From contig CAWDSS010000016.1 of the NCBI GenBank assembly GCA_963805065.1, positions 1,084-65,083 on the forward strand: a DNA stretch of 64,000 nucleotides, read 5' to 3'. Of the stretch, positions 26,802 through 37,271 are shown piece by piece; the stretch's first letter is position 1, and every line of letters starts with the position of its first letter. Source of the DNA: Candidatus Omnitrophota bacterium. Its GTDB lineage: Bacteria; Omnitrophota; Gorgyraeia; Gygaellales; Profunditerraquicolaceae. The translations under genes were made by a program, and so were the position numbers. The notes under the pieces are model-generated. The model was not told the DNA's origin. It ran no database searches and saw only the letters and a program-made list of their open reading frames with translations.

Positions 26802-28608
26802 AGGCCCGTTTGATTATATCATACCGGCGGAATTAGAAAAAAAAGCAAAGACAGGCGAAAGAGTCTGGGTAAATTTCTGCAATAGGAAGATGCCGGGTTA
26901 TATCGTAGGAATCACCCGCAAATCCAAAATCAAGAAACTTAAACGGATAATCGAGCTTATTGATGAATTCCCTGTCTTGGATAAGGGCATGCTTTTGGTT
27001 ACGAGGTGGCTATCGGAATATTATTGCTGTTCCTGGGGGGAGGCTATTGATGCCGCCCTTCCGGAAAGTATCAGAAAGGGGAAATCCGTTGCAGGAATGC
27101 CTTCCCTGGCTATTAAAAATAATACGGTTTCCTGTCCTGAAGCCCTGCTATTACAGGATTTGGATGGCGCCAGGAGATGGGATGTTTATTTAGAAGCAAT
27201 AAAAAATACCTGTTTGGAAAATAAACGCTCAATCCTGATATGCCCTGATAAGCTTTTGGCATTAAAGGCACAGCAGATAATTAAAGAAAGGCTTGGATTT
27301 TCTTCTGAGGTTTTATATAGGAAAATCCCCAAAGAACTAGATACCTGGCTTAAGATAAAAGAAGGTAAAGCCAATATCGTAGTGGGAACGCTTTCTGCCG
27401 TATTTTCTCCCGTAAGTAACCTGGGCTTGATTATTATTGATGAAGAAAATGACCCGGCTTATAAACAGGATCAGGTGCCGCATTACAACGCAAGGGAAGT
27501 AGCGCGCAAGCGTTGCCAAATCGAAAAGGCAAAACTTATTTTGGGAAGTACCCGCATTTCTTTAGAGAGTTTCTATGCTGCCGGTAGGAATGAAATCAAG
27601 TATCTTACGCTCGGAAGCCAAAAACAATATCCGCAAATTCAGATTATCGATATGAAATCAGAATACAACCTCAAAAACAAGAATAAATTACTTTCAAAAT
27701 ACCTGCAAGATGCGGTTTTTTCGGCTATTAACGCAAAAGAAAAGGTATTATTATTTTTAAACCGCAAAGGCTTTGCTACCAGCGCCACCTGCCACAATTG
27801 CGGCGTTTCTTTAAGATGCCCCCGCTGTAACATTAATCTGGTATATTATTTTGCGCAAAATTCCCTGAATTGCCATTATTGTAATTTTAAAATGGAGGTA
27901 CCAAGAATCTGTCCCGCATGTAATGCCGGCTACATTAAATTTTCCGGAACGGGGACGGAGAAAATTGAAAGTGAACTATCGAGATTATTCCCACTCGCCA
28001 GAATTAAAAGAATAGATTCCAATGTACCCCAAGACTTACAAAACTGGGATATATTTATTTCTACGAGTTCTATAGTGAAGCAAAAAGATTATAATTTCGA
28101 CCTGGTAGGTGTCCTTTCCATTGATAATAGTTTAAACCGGATAGATTTTCGCTCTACAGAAAAAACCTTTTATTTATTGTCCAGCCTGTTAACTATGACC
28201 GCAAAGAAACTTATAGTGCAGACAGCACTTCCCAATAATTATTGTTTTCAGTCGCTAATAAAAAATGACCAGCGTATTTTTTATAATCAGGAATTAAACA
28301 ATAGAAAACAGTTATCATTTCCACCTTTCAGGCATATGGCCGCGGTAAAGTTCAGAGGTAAAGTAGAAGACAAGGTAAAGAAGTCAAGCGGCTTGTTTTT
28401 CGAAAAACTTAAAGAATGCGATAGCCCCCAAGGCATTAAAATTATTTCCCTTATTGCGGATTCACCTGCTAAATTACGCGGTAATTTTTACTGGAAGATA
28501 TTGGTAAGTTCACCGGATGCCAGGAGAATGAGCGGGTTCTTAAAAAACCGCTTAAAAGATTTTTCTCATTCAGGTATAATAGTTACAGTAGATGTAGATC
28601 CCTTATAA
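26764..28608 (+). CDS. priA: primosomal protein N' homolog with degenerate ATPase motifs
   Basis: N-terminal 3'-DNA-binding-domain-like region, Cys-rich Zn-binding insert (CHNCG..CPRCN..CHYCN..CPACN); Walker A/B positions diverged. Confidence 0.75.
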   Translation: MLFARVVLGLHVEGPFDYIIPAELEKKAKTGERVWVNFCNRKMPGYIVGITRKSKIKKLKRIIELIDEFPVLDKGMLLVTRWLSEYYCCSWGEAIDAALPESIRKGKSVAGMPSLAIKNNTVSCPEALLLQDLDGARRWDVYLEAIKNTCLENKRSILICPDKLLALKAQQIIKERLGFSSEVLYRKIPKELDTWLKIKEGKANIVVGTLSAVFSPVSNLGLIIIDEENDPAYKQDQVPHYNAREVARKRCQIEKAKLILGSTRISLESFYAAGRNEIKYLTLGSQKQYPQIQIIDMKSEYNLKNKNKLLSKYLQDAVFSAINAKEKVLLFLNRKGFATSATCHNCGVSLRCPRCNINLVYYFAQNSLNCHYCNFKMEVPRICPACNAGYIKFSGTGTEKIESELSRLFPLARIKRIDSNVPQDLQNWDIFISTSSIVKQKDYNFDLVGVLSIDNSLNRIDFRSTEKTFYLLSSLLTMTAKKLIVQTALPNNYCFQSLIKNDQRIFYNQELNNRKQLSFPPFRHMAAVKFRGKVEDKVKKSSGLFFEKLKECDSPQGIKIISLIADSPAKLRGNFYWKILVSSPDARRMSGFLKNRLKDFSHSGIIVTVDVDPL

Positions 28609-28642
28609 AGTTAAAAGTTAAAAGCCAAAAGGTAAAACTTAA

Positions 28643-29575
28643 ATGAATATAGTTTTCTTTGGAAGTTCGAAATTTGCCGTCCCTGCATTAGAAGCAATAA
28701 TAAAATCAGGCAGTAAAGTCTTATGCGTAGTTACGCAGCCTGACAGGCAAAAGGGCAGGGGTATGCATTTTGAAGGCACGGCTGTTAAGCATACTGCCAA
28801 TCAGTACAAGCTGAAATTATACCAGCCCCAAAAAATTAATAACGTTACCGCCTTTAATTTATTAAAAGAACTAAAGCCTGACCTGTTCGTAGTCGTATCT
28901 TACGGCCAGATATTATCAAAGGAAATCTTAAGCCTGCCTAAAATATTCTCCATTAATGCCCATGGCTCGCTGCTTCCTAAGTACCGAGGCGCAGCACCTA
29001 TTAATCGGGCAATTATAAACGGCGAGCAGGTTACAGGGGTAACTATAATTAAGATGAATGAGAAAATGGATGCCGGAAAAATCATTATGCAAAGCCAAAT
29101 CCTAATTAAAGACGAGGATAACGCTATTGAGCTTGAAGGAAAACTTTCCCTGCTTGCCGCAGAATTACTGGTGGATTCTGTAAAACATATCAGCCGCAAT
29201 GATTACAAATTAAAACCGCAGCTGGGAGAGGTTTCTTTTGCTCCCAAGCTTATTAAGCAAGACGGATTGATAAATTGGGAGGTAAGCGCCCAACACATCT
29301 ATAATCTGATCAGGGGATGTATTAGCTGGCCGGGCGCCTTTACGCACTGTAAAGGTAAGTTATTAAAAATTTATAAAGCAAGTTTGTCTTACGAAGAATA
29401 TAGCGGCGTTAAGCCGGGTGAAATAATAAAAGTCTTAAAAGACGGGATAGTGGTGGCGGCGGAAGACCGCGCCTTGATTATCCGGGAACTTCAGATTGAA
29501 GGAAAGCGCAGGATGAAAGCCGAAGAATTCATTTCAGGCCATAAAATTTCCCCGGGAGAAATTTTTGACAAATAA
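28643..29575 (+). CDS. fmt: methionyl-tRNA formyltransferase
   Basis: IVFFGSS.FAVP, PDRQKGRG, SINAHGSLLPKYRGAAPI motifs. Confidence 0.9.
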   Translation: MNIVFFGSSKFAVPALEAIIKSGSKVLCVVTQPDRQKGRGMHFEGTAVKHTANQYKLKLYQPQKINNVTAFNLLKELKPDLFVVVSYGQILSKEILSLPKIFSINAHGSLLPKYRGAAPINRAIINGEQVTGVTIIKMNEKMDAGKIIMQSQILIKDEDNAIELEGKLSLLAAELLVDSVKHISRNDYKLKPQLGEVSFAPKLIKQDGLINWEVSAQHIYNLIRGCISWPGAFTHCKGKLLKIYKASLSYEEYSGVKPGEIIKVLKDGIVVAAEDRALIIRELQIEGKRRMKAEEFISGHKISPGEIFDK

Positions 29576-29578
29576 CAG

Positions 29579-29606
29579 TTGCATATAAGATTTAGCGTGG
29601 TATAAT
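29579..29606 (+). promoter_or_regulatory. candidate sigma-70 promoter for the galT-like/gap block
   Basis: TTGCAT (29579-29584), 16-nt spacer, TGG-TATAAT (extended -10; TATAAT 29601-29606). Confidence 0.5.
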
Positions 29607-29641
29607 TATAAGATTAATAAATAAGGAATAATTAATAATAC

Positions 29642-30676
29642 ATGCCAGAATTAAGAAAAGATCCCGTTATCGGTAGATGGGTTATCATAGCAACGGAACG
29701 CGCAAGAAGGCCGGATCAATTTTCCGGCCAACAGCAGGAAGCGGTTGCTGAAAAACCCTGTCATTTTTGCGAAGGCCACGAATCAGAAACCCCTCTCGAA
29801 ATATACGCAATCAGATCAAAACAATCCAAGCCAAATTCTCCCGGATGGGATTTAAGAGTCGTCCCTAGCATTGCCCCATTTTTACGAATAGAAGGCGAAT
29901 TGGATCGCAGAGGCAAAGGCCTGTATGATTTAATGAACGGTATAGGCGCGCATGAGATTATCATTGAATCAAACAGCCATAATTCCGATATGGCTGATTT
30001 AAGCGAAGAGCAAATAGCCAGGGTTATAACCTGTTACATTGACAGGATGCAGGACCTTGAAAAGGACGAGCGGTTTAAATATGTCCTGGTGTTTAAGAAC
30101 CATGGTTGGATAGCGGGAGGCGGCAGCGTCAGGCACTCCAGATCTCAGATGATAGCTACCCCTGTTAACCCTAAGCGCGTCAAAGAGGAATTGGCAGGCT
30201 CCAGGTTTTATTATGAATACCATGAAAGATGCGTTTTCTGTGATTTGATAAAACAGGAATTGTCATCCAAGGATAGGCTCATATTGGACCTGGATGGTTT
30301 TATCGCCGTTACGCCCTTTGCCGCGAGATTCCCTTTTGAGGTTTGGATTTTACCGAAAAAACATTCCTGCGATTTTACCAGCCTGGATAACCAGTCACGG
30401 CTTAATTTAGGCAGTGTCCTTAAAAAGGTGCTATCCAAATTAAAAAAAGGGTTAAATGACCCGCCATATAACTATATTTTACACACCGCTCCCTTTAGAA
30501 GGAAAAAGCTAGGTTTCTGGAAAAGCATAGACAATGATTACCATTGGCATATCGAGATTATGCCAAGGCTTACGCGCGTAGCTGGTTTTGAATGGGGGAC
30601 TGGTTTTTATATTTGCCCCCTGCCCCCTGAAGACGCGGCTAAATTTTTAAGAGAGGTAAATGAGGCCGCAACTTAG
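29642..30676 (+). CDS. GalT-family (HIT superfamily) nucleotidyltransferase/phosphorylase-like protein, nucleophile His replaced (HSRSQ)
   Basis: ELRKDPVIGRWVI, CHFCEGHE, YHWHIEIMPRLT motifs; H-x-H-x-Q motif reads H-S-R-S-Q at codons 165-169. Confidence 0.75.
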   Translation: MPELRKDPVIGRWVIIATERARRPDQFSGQQQEAVAEKPCHFCEGHESETPLEIYAIRSKQSKPNSPGWDLRVVPSIAPFLRIEGELDRRGKGLYDLMNGIGAHEIIIESNSHNSDMADLSEEQIARVITCYIDRMQDLEKDERFKYVLVFKNHGWIAGGGSVRHSRSQMIATPVNPKRVKEELAGSRFYYEYHERCVFCDLIKQELSSKDRLILDLDGFIAVTPFAARFPFEVWILPKKHSCDFTSLDNQSRLNLGSVLKKVLSKLKKGLNDPPYNYILHTAPFRRKKLGFWKSIDNDYHWHIEIMPRLTRVAGFEWGTGFYICPLPPEDAAKFLREVNEAAT

Positions 30677-30712
30677 CGAACGTTAGTGAGGCTAAGTTGT
30701 TTGGCCGAATTT

Positions 30713-30764
30713 ACCCAGCACTAATTTTCCTTTACCCTAATTATTATTAAAATTAGTGCTGGGT
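30713..30764 (+). terminator. hairpin between the two galT-like genes (possible terminator/attenuator)
   Basis: 16-bp stem ACCCAGCACTAATTTT / AAAATTAGTGCTGGGT with a 20-nt loop; a smaller 9-bp hairpin (30669-30699) overlaps the upstream stop codon. Confidence 0.55.
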
Positions 30765-30805
30765 TGAATTCGCATATATTTGATAAAATAGGGAGTGCTC
30801 ATTCA

Positions 30806-31801
30806 ATGTCTGAATTAAGAAGAGACCCGGTTGTTGGCCGATGGGTAATCGTAGATACCGACCATCCCAATAAGCCGGAAGATTTTGAACATGAACCGCA
30901 CGGTTGGAGAGGTGGAGCTTGCCCTTTCTGTTACGGTAATGAATCCATGACGCCTCCTGAAATTGATGCCATGAGAGACTCTAATACCGGGCCAAATACT
31001 TCCGGTTGGCGGGTCCGCGTTGTGCCCAATAAATTCCCCGCTCTTCAAATAGAGGGAGATTTGGATAGGAGGGGGTTAGGAATTTACGATATGTCAAACG
31101 GCATAGGCGCCCATGAGGTATTAATAGAATCTCCCTATCATCACAAAGACATCTCTGACTTATTGAATTCAGAAATAGAAAATATCATTTCCATGCTTTG
31201 CCGCAGGTCCAGTGATCTTGTAAGGGATAAACGTTTTAAATACATCATGATTTTTAAGAACTACGGGCCCGCAGCCGGAGCTTCGCTTGAACACCCGCAT
31301 ACCCAGATTATAGCACTACCTATGGTGCCTAAGAATGCGCTGGAAGAAATCCACGGAGCGCAGGCATATTTTGAATTTCGCGAACGTTGTATTTTCTGCG
31401 ATATTATCAGGCAGGAAACGCAGGAAAAAGAAAGAATAATCCTGGAAAATAAACATTTCCTGGCATTTTGCCCGTTTGTGTCGCGTTTTCCCTTTGAAAT
31501 CTGGATTACACCCAAAAAACATAACGGGTATTTTTGCCACATGCCTCTTGAGGAAGTTCCATCTCTGGCTTCCATATTGAAAGATACCGTTGCTAAGGTA
31601 AGAAACGTATTCGCAAACCCGGCGTATAATTTTATAATCCATTCATCTCCCATAAACGGCGACGGGGACGTGGATTACTATCACTGGCATATTGAATTCA
31701 TGCCTAAATTAACTCGCGTAGCAGGATTTGAATGGGGAACTGGCTTCTATGTTGTATCTACCCCGCCTGAAGTAGCGGCAAAATACCTGAGAGAAAAATA
31801 A
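30806..31801 (+). CDS. galT: GalT-family (HIT superfamily) hexose-1-phosphate nucleotidyltransferase/phosphorylase, motifs intact
   Basis: start placed at ATG 30806 (GGGAG 9-15 nt upstream; track TTG start lies inside a hairpin); CPFCYGNE, HPHTQ, YHWHIEFMPKLT. Confidence 0.8.
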   Translation: MSELRRDPVVGRWVIVDTDHPNKPEDFEHEPHGWRGGACPFCYGNESMTPPEIDAMRDSNTGPNTSGWRVRVVPNKFPALQIEGDLDRRGLGIYDMSNGIGAHEVLIESPYHHKDISDLLNSEIENIISMLCRRSSDLVRDKRFKYIMIFKNYGPAAGASLEHPHTQIIALPMVPKNALEEIHGAQAYFEFRERCIFCDIIRQETQEKERIILENKHFLAFCPFVSRFPFEIWITPKKHNGYFCHMPLEEVPSLASILKDTVAKVRNVFANPAYNFIIHSSPINGDGDVDYYHWHIEFMPKLTRVAGFEWGTGFYVVSTPPEVAAKYLREK

Positions 31802-31825
31802 CTTACGTTCGCTGTCGCTCCGTAA

Positions 31826-32878
<1,053 letters not shown>

Positions 32879-32898
32879 TAAAAGAGTAACCACTACAT

Positions 32899-32937
32899 AA
32901 ATGGGGACTGTCCCCGAAGGGGACAGTCCCCATTTTT
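32899..32937 (+). terminator. intrinsic terminator after gap
   Basis: perfect 17-bp stem AAATGGGGACTGTCCCC / GGGGACAGTCCCCATTT with GAA loop, then a T-run. Confidence 0.85.
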
Positions 32938-32940
32938 ACT

Positions 32941-35202
32941 ATGGCTAATCTGTTTATCTTTATAGTTACAATCGTGGGTTTAAGCGGCGTAGTTGCCCAG
33001 GCCTTGATTTTAAGAGAGTTGCTTGTCGGTTTCTACGGCAATGAATTAACCATCGGCATAGTATTGGCTAATTGGATAATCATGGAAGCAATAGGGACTT
33101 TATTCGCCGGTAAGATTATTGACCGCATTCGTAATATTATAAATTTATTTATCCTGTTTCAAATACTGTTTGTCATTTCTTTGCCTGTATCCGTTTATTT
33201 AGCCAGGACATTTAAGCACGTAATAGGCATACCCTTCGGAGAAGCAATCGGATTATCTACGATATTCGTCTGGTCTCTTTTAATAACTTTGCCTGTAAGT
33301 ATCAGCCACGGTGCTTTGTTCAGTGCGGCGTGCAAGGTTTATTCTTTATACGCCAAAGATTCGCAGAAATCTATCGGAAAAATATACAGCTGGGAGACAA
33401 TTGGAACTATTATAGGCGGTATAGCCTTTACTTATATATTTTTGCCAAAGCTGAATTCGTTTCAGAGCTGCTTTGTGATTTGTGCCGCAAACCTTTTAAT
33501 TTGCCTGTTTTTATTCAGGGACATTCACAGGATTGCCCGCTTTACCATCATCGCTTTACTTTTGATAATCAGCACTGCTGTATTGTCCGGGGGCTTAGGG
33601 TATCTGCAAAGTTTATCCATCAAAGGCCAGTGGCCGGGACAAAATGTTTTAAGTGACAGGAATTCTATTTACGGCAATGTTGTGGTAACCCAGCAAGAAG
33701 AGCAGTATACTTTTTTCTATAACGGCCTTCCCATAATCACGACGCCGTTCCCTGATAAAGAGTTTGTAGAAGATTTTGGTCATTTGCCTTTACTGTTTCA
33801 TGACGACCCGAAGGATGTATTGGTGATTAGCTCCGCAGCGGGGGGGCTTTTGCATGAGATGCTGAAACATCCGCTTAAACACGTTGATTACGTGGAAATA
33901 GACCCCTTAATTATTAAGATGTTAAAGGATTTTCCCACCGATTTAACAGAATCGGAATTTCAAGACCCCAGAGTGCATATCATTAATACCGACGGAAGGT
34001 TATTCTTAAGGTCAACCCCGGAATCTTACGACGTTATTTTGATAGGGTTATCAAACCAGTCCGTATTATCCACCAACCGGTTATTTACCGAAGAATTTTT
34101 TCTGCTGGCAAAACAAAAGCTAAAGCCACGGGGGCTTTTGGCATTGTGGCTGCCTGGTTCATTAAGCTACTTAAGCAGGCAGTTGATGGATCTGAACTCA
34201 AGCATATTAAACGGCCTTAACAGGAATTTTGCATTTGTCCGTATAATCCCGGGAGACGTAAACATTTTCCTGGCGTCCTGCGATGAGAATATCAAAAACA
34301 TTTCTTCCAAAGAAATTTCCCAGAAAATTGACCGGCTTCATATAGAGAATACTTTGCTTAAGCCGGCTTATCTGGATTACAGGCTTAGCAACTATTGGGT
34401 GGACTTCTTTTTAGGCGGGTTAATCAGCGCAACAAAAAAAATTAACCAGGATTCCAGGCCCATAGCTGTTTTTGAGTCTCTTATTTTGTGGAATAAGAAA
34501 TTTTCTTCGCCTGTTAACCAAGTATTAGCGTTTTTGGGCCAGATAAACTTAAAATGGGTATTATTCTTTGTAAGTTTAATAACCGCATTTCTAATTTATA
34601 TCCGGCGCAAATCCAAAAAAGGTAACCTCGCGGTTGTGTATAGTATTGCTACCACCGGCTTCTTTGCCATGATGTCTAATCTTATTCTGATATTCACTTT
34701 CCAGACTTTTTACGGTTATCTCTACCATATAATAGGTTTATTAATCAGTATTTTTATGGCTGGAGTAGCTTTGGGAAGCATTGTTATGGCAAGAAAGCTT
34801 GAAAAAGCTACCAACCCATTGAAACTATTAATATTCTTAGAAGCCACAATAATTGTATTCTCTTATACTACTGCGTTAATGCTTACCGGCTGGGCCAGTG
34901 TGAAACATTTTTCATCCGCAATATTCTTTATGCTCATTTTTATATCCGGGTTTTTAGCAGGCCTGGAGTTTAGCCTGGCAAGCAAGCTGACTCTTACGGG
35001 CAAAGAAAAGATAGGAGAGGTTTCCGGCACCCTCTATTGTGCTGACCTTATTGGCGCGGGTTTAGCCGGATTCTTGGGGGGCATGGTGTTTCTTCCTGTT
35101 TTAGGGCTGTTTAATACATTTTTAGTGATTATTATACTTAAAATAAGCAGCCTGCTTGTTTTGGTTACCCCAAAGAAGGGATTGACAAGTAATACAATTT
35201 AA
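32941..35202 (+). CDS. spermidine-synthase-like fold protein embedded between two polytopic membrane domains (catalytic motifs divergent)
   Basis: about 7 TM segments, then VLVISSAAGGLLHEMLKHP..VDYVEIDP..YDVILIG (SpeE-like Rossmann), then about 7 more TM segments. Confidence 0.6.
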   Translation: MANLFIFIVTIVGLSGVVAQALILRELLVGFYGNELTIGIVLANWIIMEAIGTLFAGKIIDRIRNIINLFILFQILFVISLPVSVYLARTFKHVIGIPFGEAIGLSTIFVWSLLITLPVSISHGALFSAACKVYSLYAKDSQKSIGKIYSWETIGTIIGGIAFTYIFLPKLNSFQSCFVICAANLLICLFLFRDIHRIARFTIIALLLIISTAVLSGGLGYLQSLSIKGQWPGQNVLSDRNSIYGNVVVTQQEEQYTFFYNGLPIITTPFPDKEFVEDFGHLPLLFHDDPKDVLVISSAAGGLLHEMLKHPLKHVDYVEIDPLIIKMLKDFPTDLTESEFQDPRVHIINTDGRLFLRSTPESYDVILIGLSNQSVLSTNRLFTEEFFLLAKQKLKPRGLLALWLPGSLSYLSRQLMDLNSSILNGLNRNFAFVRIIPGDVNIFLASCDENIKNISSKEISQKIDRLHIENTLLKPAYLDYRLSNYWVDFFLGGLISATKKINQDSRPIAVFESLILWNKKFSSPVNQVLAFLGQINLKWVLFFVSLITAFLIYIRRKSKKGNLAVVYSIATTGFFAMMSNLILIFTFQTFYGYLYHIIGLLISIFMAGVALGSIVMARKLEKATNPLKLLIFLEATIIVFSYTTALMLTGWASVKHFSSAIFFMLIFISGFLAGLEFSLASKLTLTGKEKIGEVSGTLYCADLIGAGLAGFLGGMVFLPVLGLFNTFLVIIILKISSLLVLVTPKKGLTSNTI

Positions 35203-35239
35203 TATATATTATTTGCTTCCATAGACAGGAGGTTACTAG

Positions 35240-36420
35240 GTGAACAAAATGACTCTAAAAGACTTAAAGCTAAATGGCAAAAGTGTCTTGGTGCGGGCTG
35301 ATTTTAACGTGCCGCAGGACGCCAATCTAAATATTACGGATGATACCCGGATTAGGGCAACTGTGCCCACCATCCAATATATCCTTAAAAACGGGGCAAA
35401 AAAAATTATCCTAATGAGCCATTTAGGCAGGCCTGACGGTAAGGTTGTGGCAAAATACAGCCTGAAGCCGGTAGCAGAGAGGCTTAAAAATTATTGGGAG
35501 AGCCGGTTAAGTTTTTAAATGATTGCGTAGGCGAGAATATTAAAAAAGAGATAGACGCCTCCAAAGAAAGGATAGTCTTATTGGAAAACTTAAGATTCCA
35601 CGCCGAAGAAGAGGCAAATGACGCTAATTTTGCCAAGCAATTAGCAGCTTTGGGTGATGTATTTGTGAATGATGCTTTTGGCACAGCACACCGCGCGCAT
35701 GCATCAACAGAAGGCGTCGCCCATTATCTTAAATCCGCTGCAGGATTTTTATTGGAAAAAGAGATACAATATTTAGGTAACGCTGTTGCTAGCCCCCAAA
35801 GGCCGTTTATGGTGATTTTGGGAGGGGCAAAAGTTTCGGATAAAATTGGAGTTATAGATAACCTGCTTCCTAAATGCGACGCGATTTTAATCGGCGGCGG
35901 CATGGCATATACATTTCTTAAGGCACAGGGCAAATCAATCGGAAATTCAAAATTGGAAAAAGATAAGCTGGATTTGGCAAAATCAATTTTGGATAAAGCT
36001 AAAATCCTCAAAAAAGAGATTTTGCTGCCTATAGATAACGTGGTGGTGGATAATATTGCGCCTGACGCGAAATCGGAATTGGTGGGCGATAATATCCCCG
36101 ATGGAAAGATCGCCGTTGACATTGGGCCAAAAACTATTTCCTTATTCGAAGATAAATTAAAATCCGCAAAAACCATAGTCTGGAACGGCCCCTTGGGTAT
36201 TTTTGAGATGGATGCATTCAGCAAAGGCACGCGAGATGTGGCAAAATTTATCTCTACCTTAAAATGTATTTCCATAATCGGCGGCGGCGATACTGCGGCA
36301 GCAGTAGCGAAATTCAAATTAGAAGACAAGATGACCCATATTTCAACCGGCGGAGGAGCTAGCTTAGAGTATCTAGAGGGCAAAGTATTACCGGGTATAG
36401 CTGCTTTAACTGATAAATAG
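35240..36420 (+). pseudogene. pgk: phosphoglycerate kinase, reading frame broken at an A5 run (35486-35490); sequencing indel, genuine pseudogene or slippage
   Basis: ORFs 35240..35518 and 35494..36420 together give a full PGK ([15 protein letters not shown], then [28 protein letters not shown]). Confidence 0.85.
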
Positions 36421-36430
36421 TAAAAATAAA

Positions 36431-36485
36431 GGGGACGTTTCTATTTTTAACGTCTCCTAGTTAGCAGAAAAATAGAAACGTCCCC
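36431..36485 (+). repeat. conserved palindromic intergenic element, copy 1 (after pgk); probable intrinsic terminator
   Basis: GGGGACGTTTCTATTTTT - loop AACGTCTCCTAGTTAGCAG - AAAAATAGAAACGTCCCC, followed by a T-run. Confidence 0.8.
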
Positions 36486-36497
36486 TATTTTTTAAAT

Positions 36498-37271
36498 ATG
36501 AGAAAGACAATAATTGCCGGAAACTGGAAGATGTATAAGACTATTAATGAGGCCATAGAATTGGCAAATGGCCTTAAGAGAGAATTTTTTAAGCTGGATT
36601 ACGAGAAATTAGAGGTTGTATTATGTCCTCCGTTTACAGCGCTAAGCGAAGTTTACGAGGTGATATCGGAATCAGATATCCAATTGGGTGCCCAGGATGC
36701 TTACTGGCAGGATGAAGGCGCATTTACAGGAGAAATTTCTTGCAAGATGCTTAAGGATGCCGGATGCGAATTTGTAATTATCGGGCATTCCGAGCGCAGG
36801 CAATTTTTCGCTGAAACAAACGAATCCGTAAACAAGAAAATTAAAGCTGTGTTAAATAACGGACTGACTCCTATTATGTGCATTGGCGAGACATTAGCAG
36901 AAAGAGAAAAGGGTGAGACCTTTAAAGTTTTGGATGATCACCTGCTAAACGGGCTAAAGGGAATAAGCGAACAGGATATGCTAAATTTAGTCATTGCCTA
37001 TGAGCCGGTATGGGCAATAGGGACAGGTAAAACCGCCACTCCCCAGCAAGCACAGGAAGCGCATAAATACATTCGCGGATTATTAAAAAAAGAGTATAAT
37101 GATGATGTTGCGAAAGACGTGAGAATTCAATACGGCGGAAGCGTTAAGCCGGAAAATATCACTGAGTTAATGAAACAGCCTGATATTGACGGTGCGCTCG
37201 TAGGCGGAGCAAGCCTTCAGGTTGAATCGTTTAGCCAGATTGTTAAAAAAGCAAGCGAGGTTGTAAAATGA
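36498..37271 (+). CDS. tpiA: triosephosphate isomerase
   Basis: IAGNWKM, IIGHSERR, AYEPVWAIGTG, GGASL motifs. Confidence 0.95.
   Translation: MRKTIIAGNWKMYKTINEAIELANGLKREFFKLDYEKLEVVLCPPFTALSEVYEVISESDIQLGAQDAYWQDEGAFTGEISCKMLKDAGCEFVIIGHSERRQFFAETNESVNKKIKAVLNNGLTPIMCIGETLAEREKGETFKVLDDHLLNGLKGISEQDMLNLVIAYEPVWAIGTGKTATPQQAQEAHKYIRGLLKKEYNDDVAKDVRIQYGGSVKPENITELMKQPDIDGALVGGASLQVESFSQIVKKASEVVK

Noticed and set aside
35724-36383. 219-aa ORF on the minus strand
   Set aside because: It lies fully antisense to the well-conserved pgk coding sequence, has low-complexity composition, and shows no recognisable motifs. It is a typical shadow ORF.
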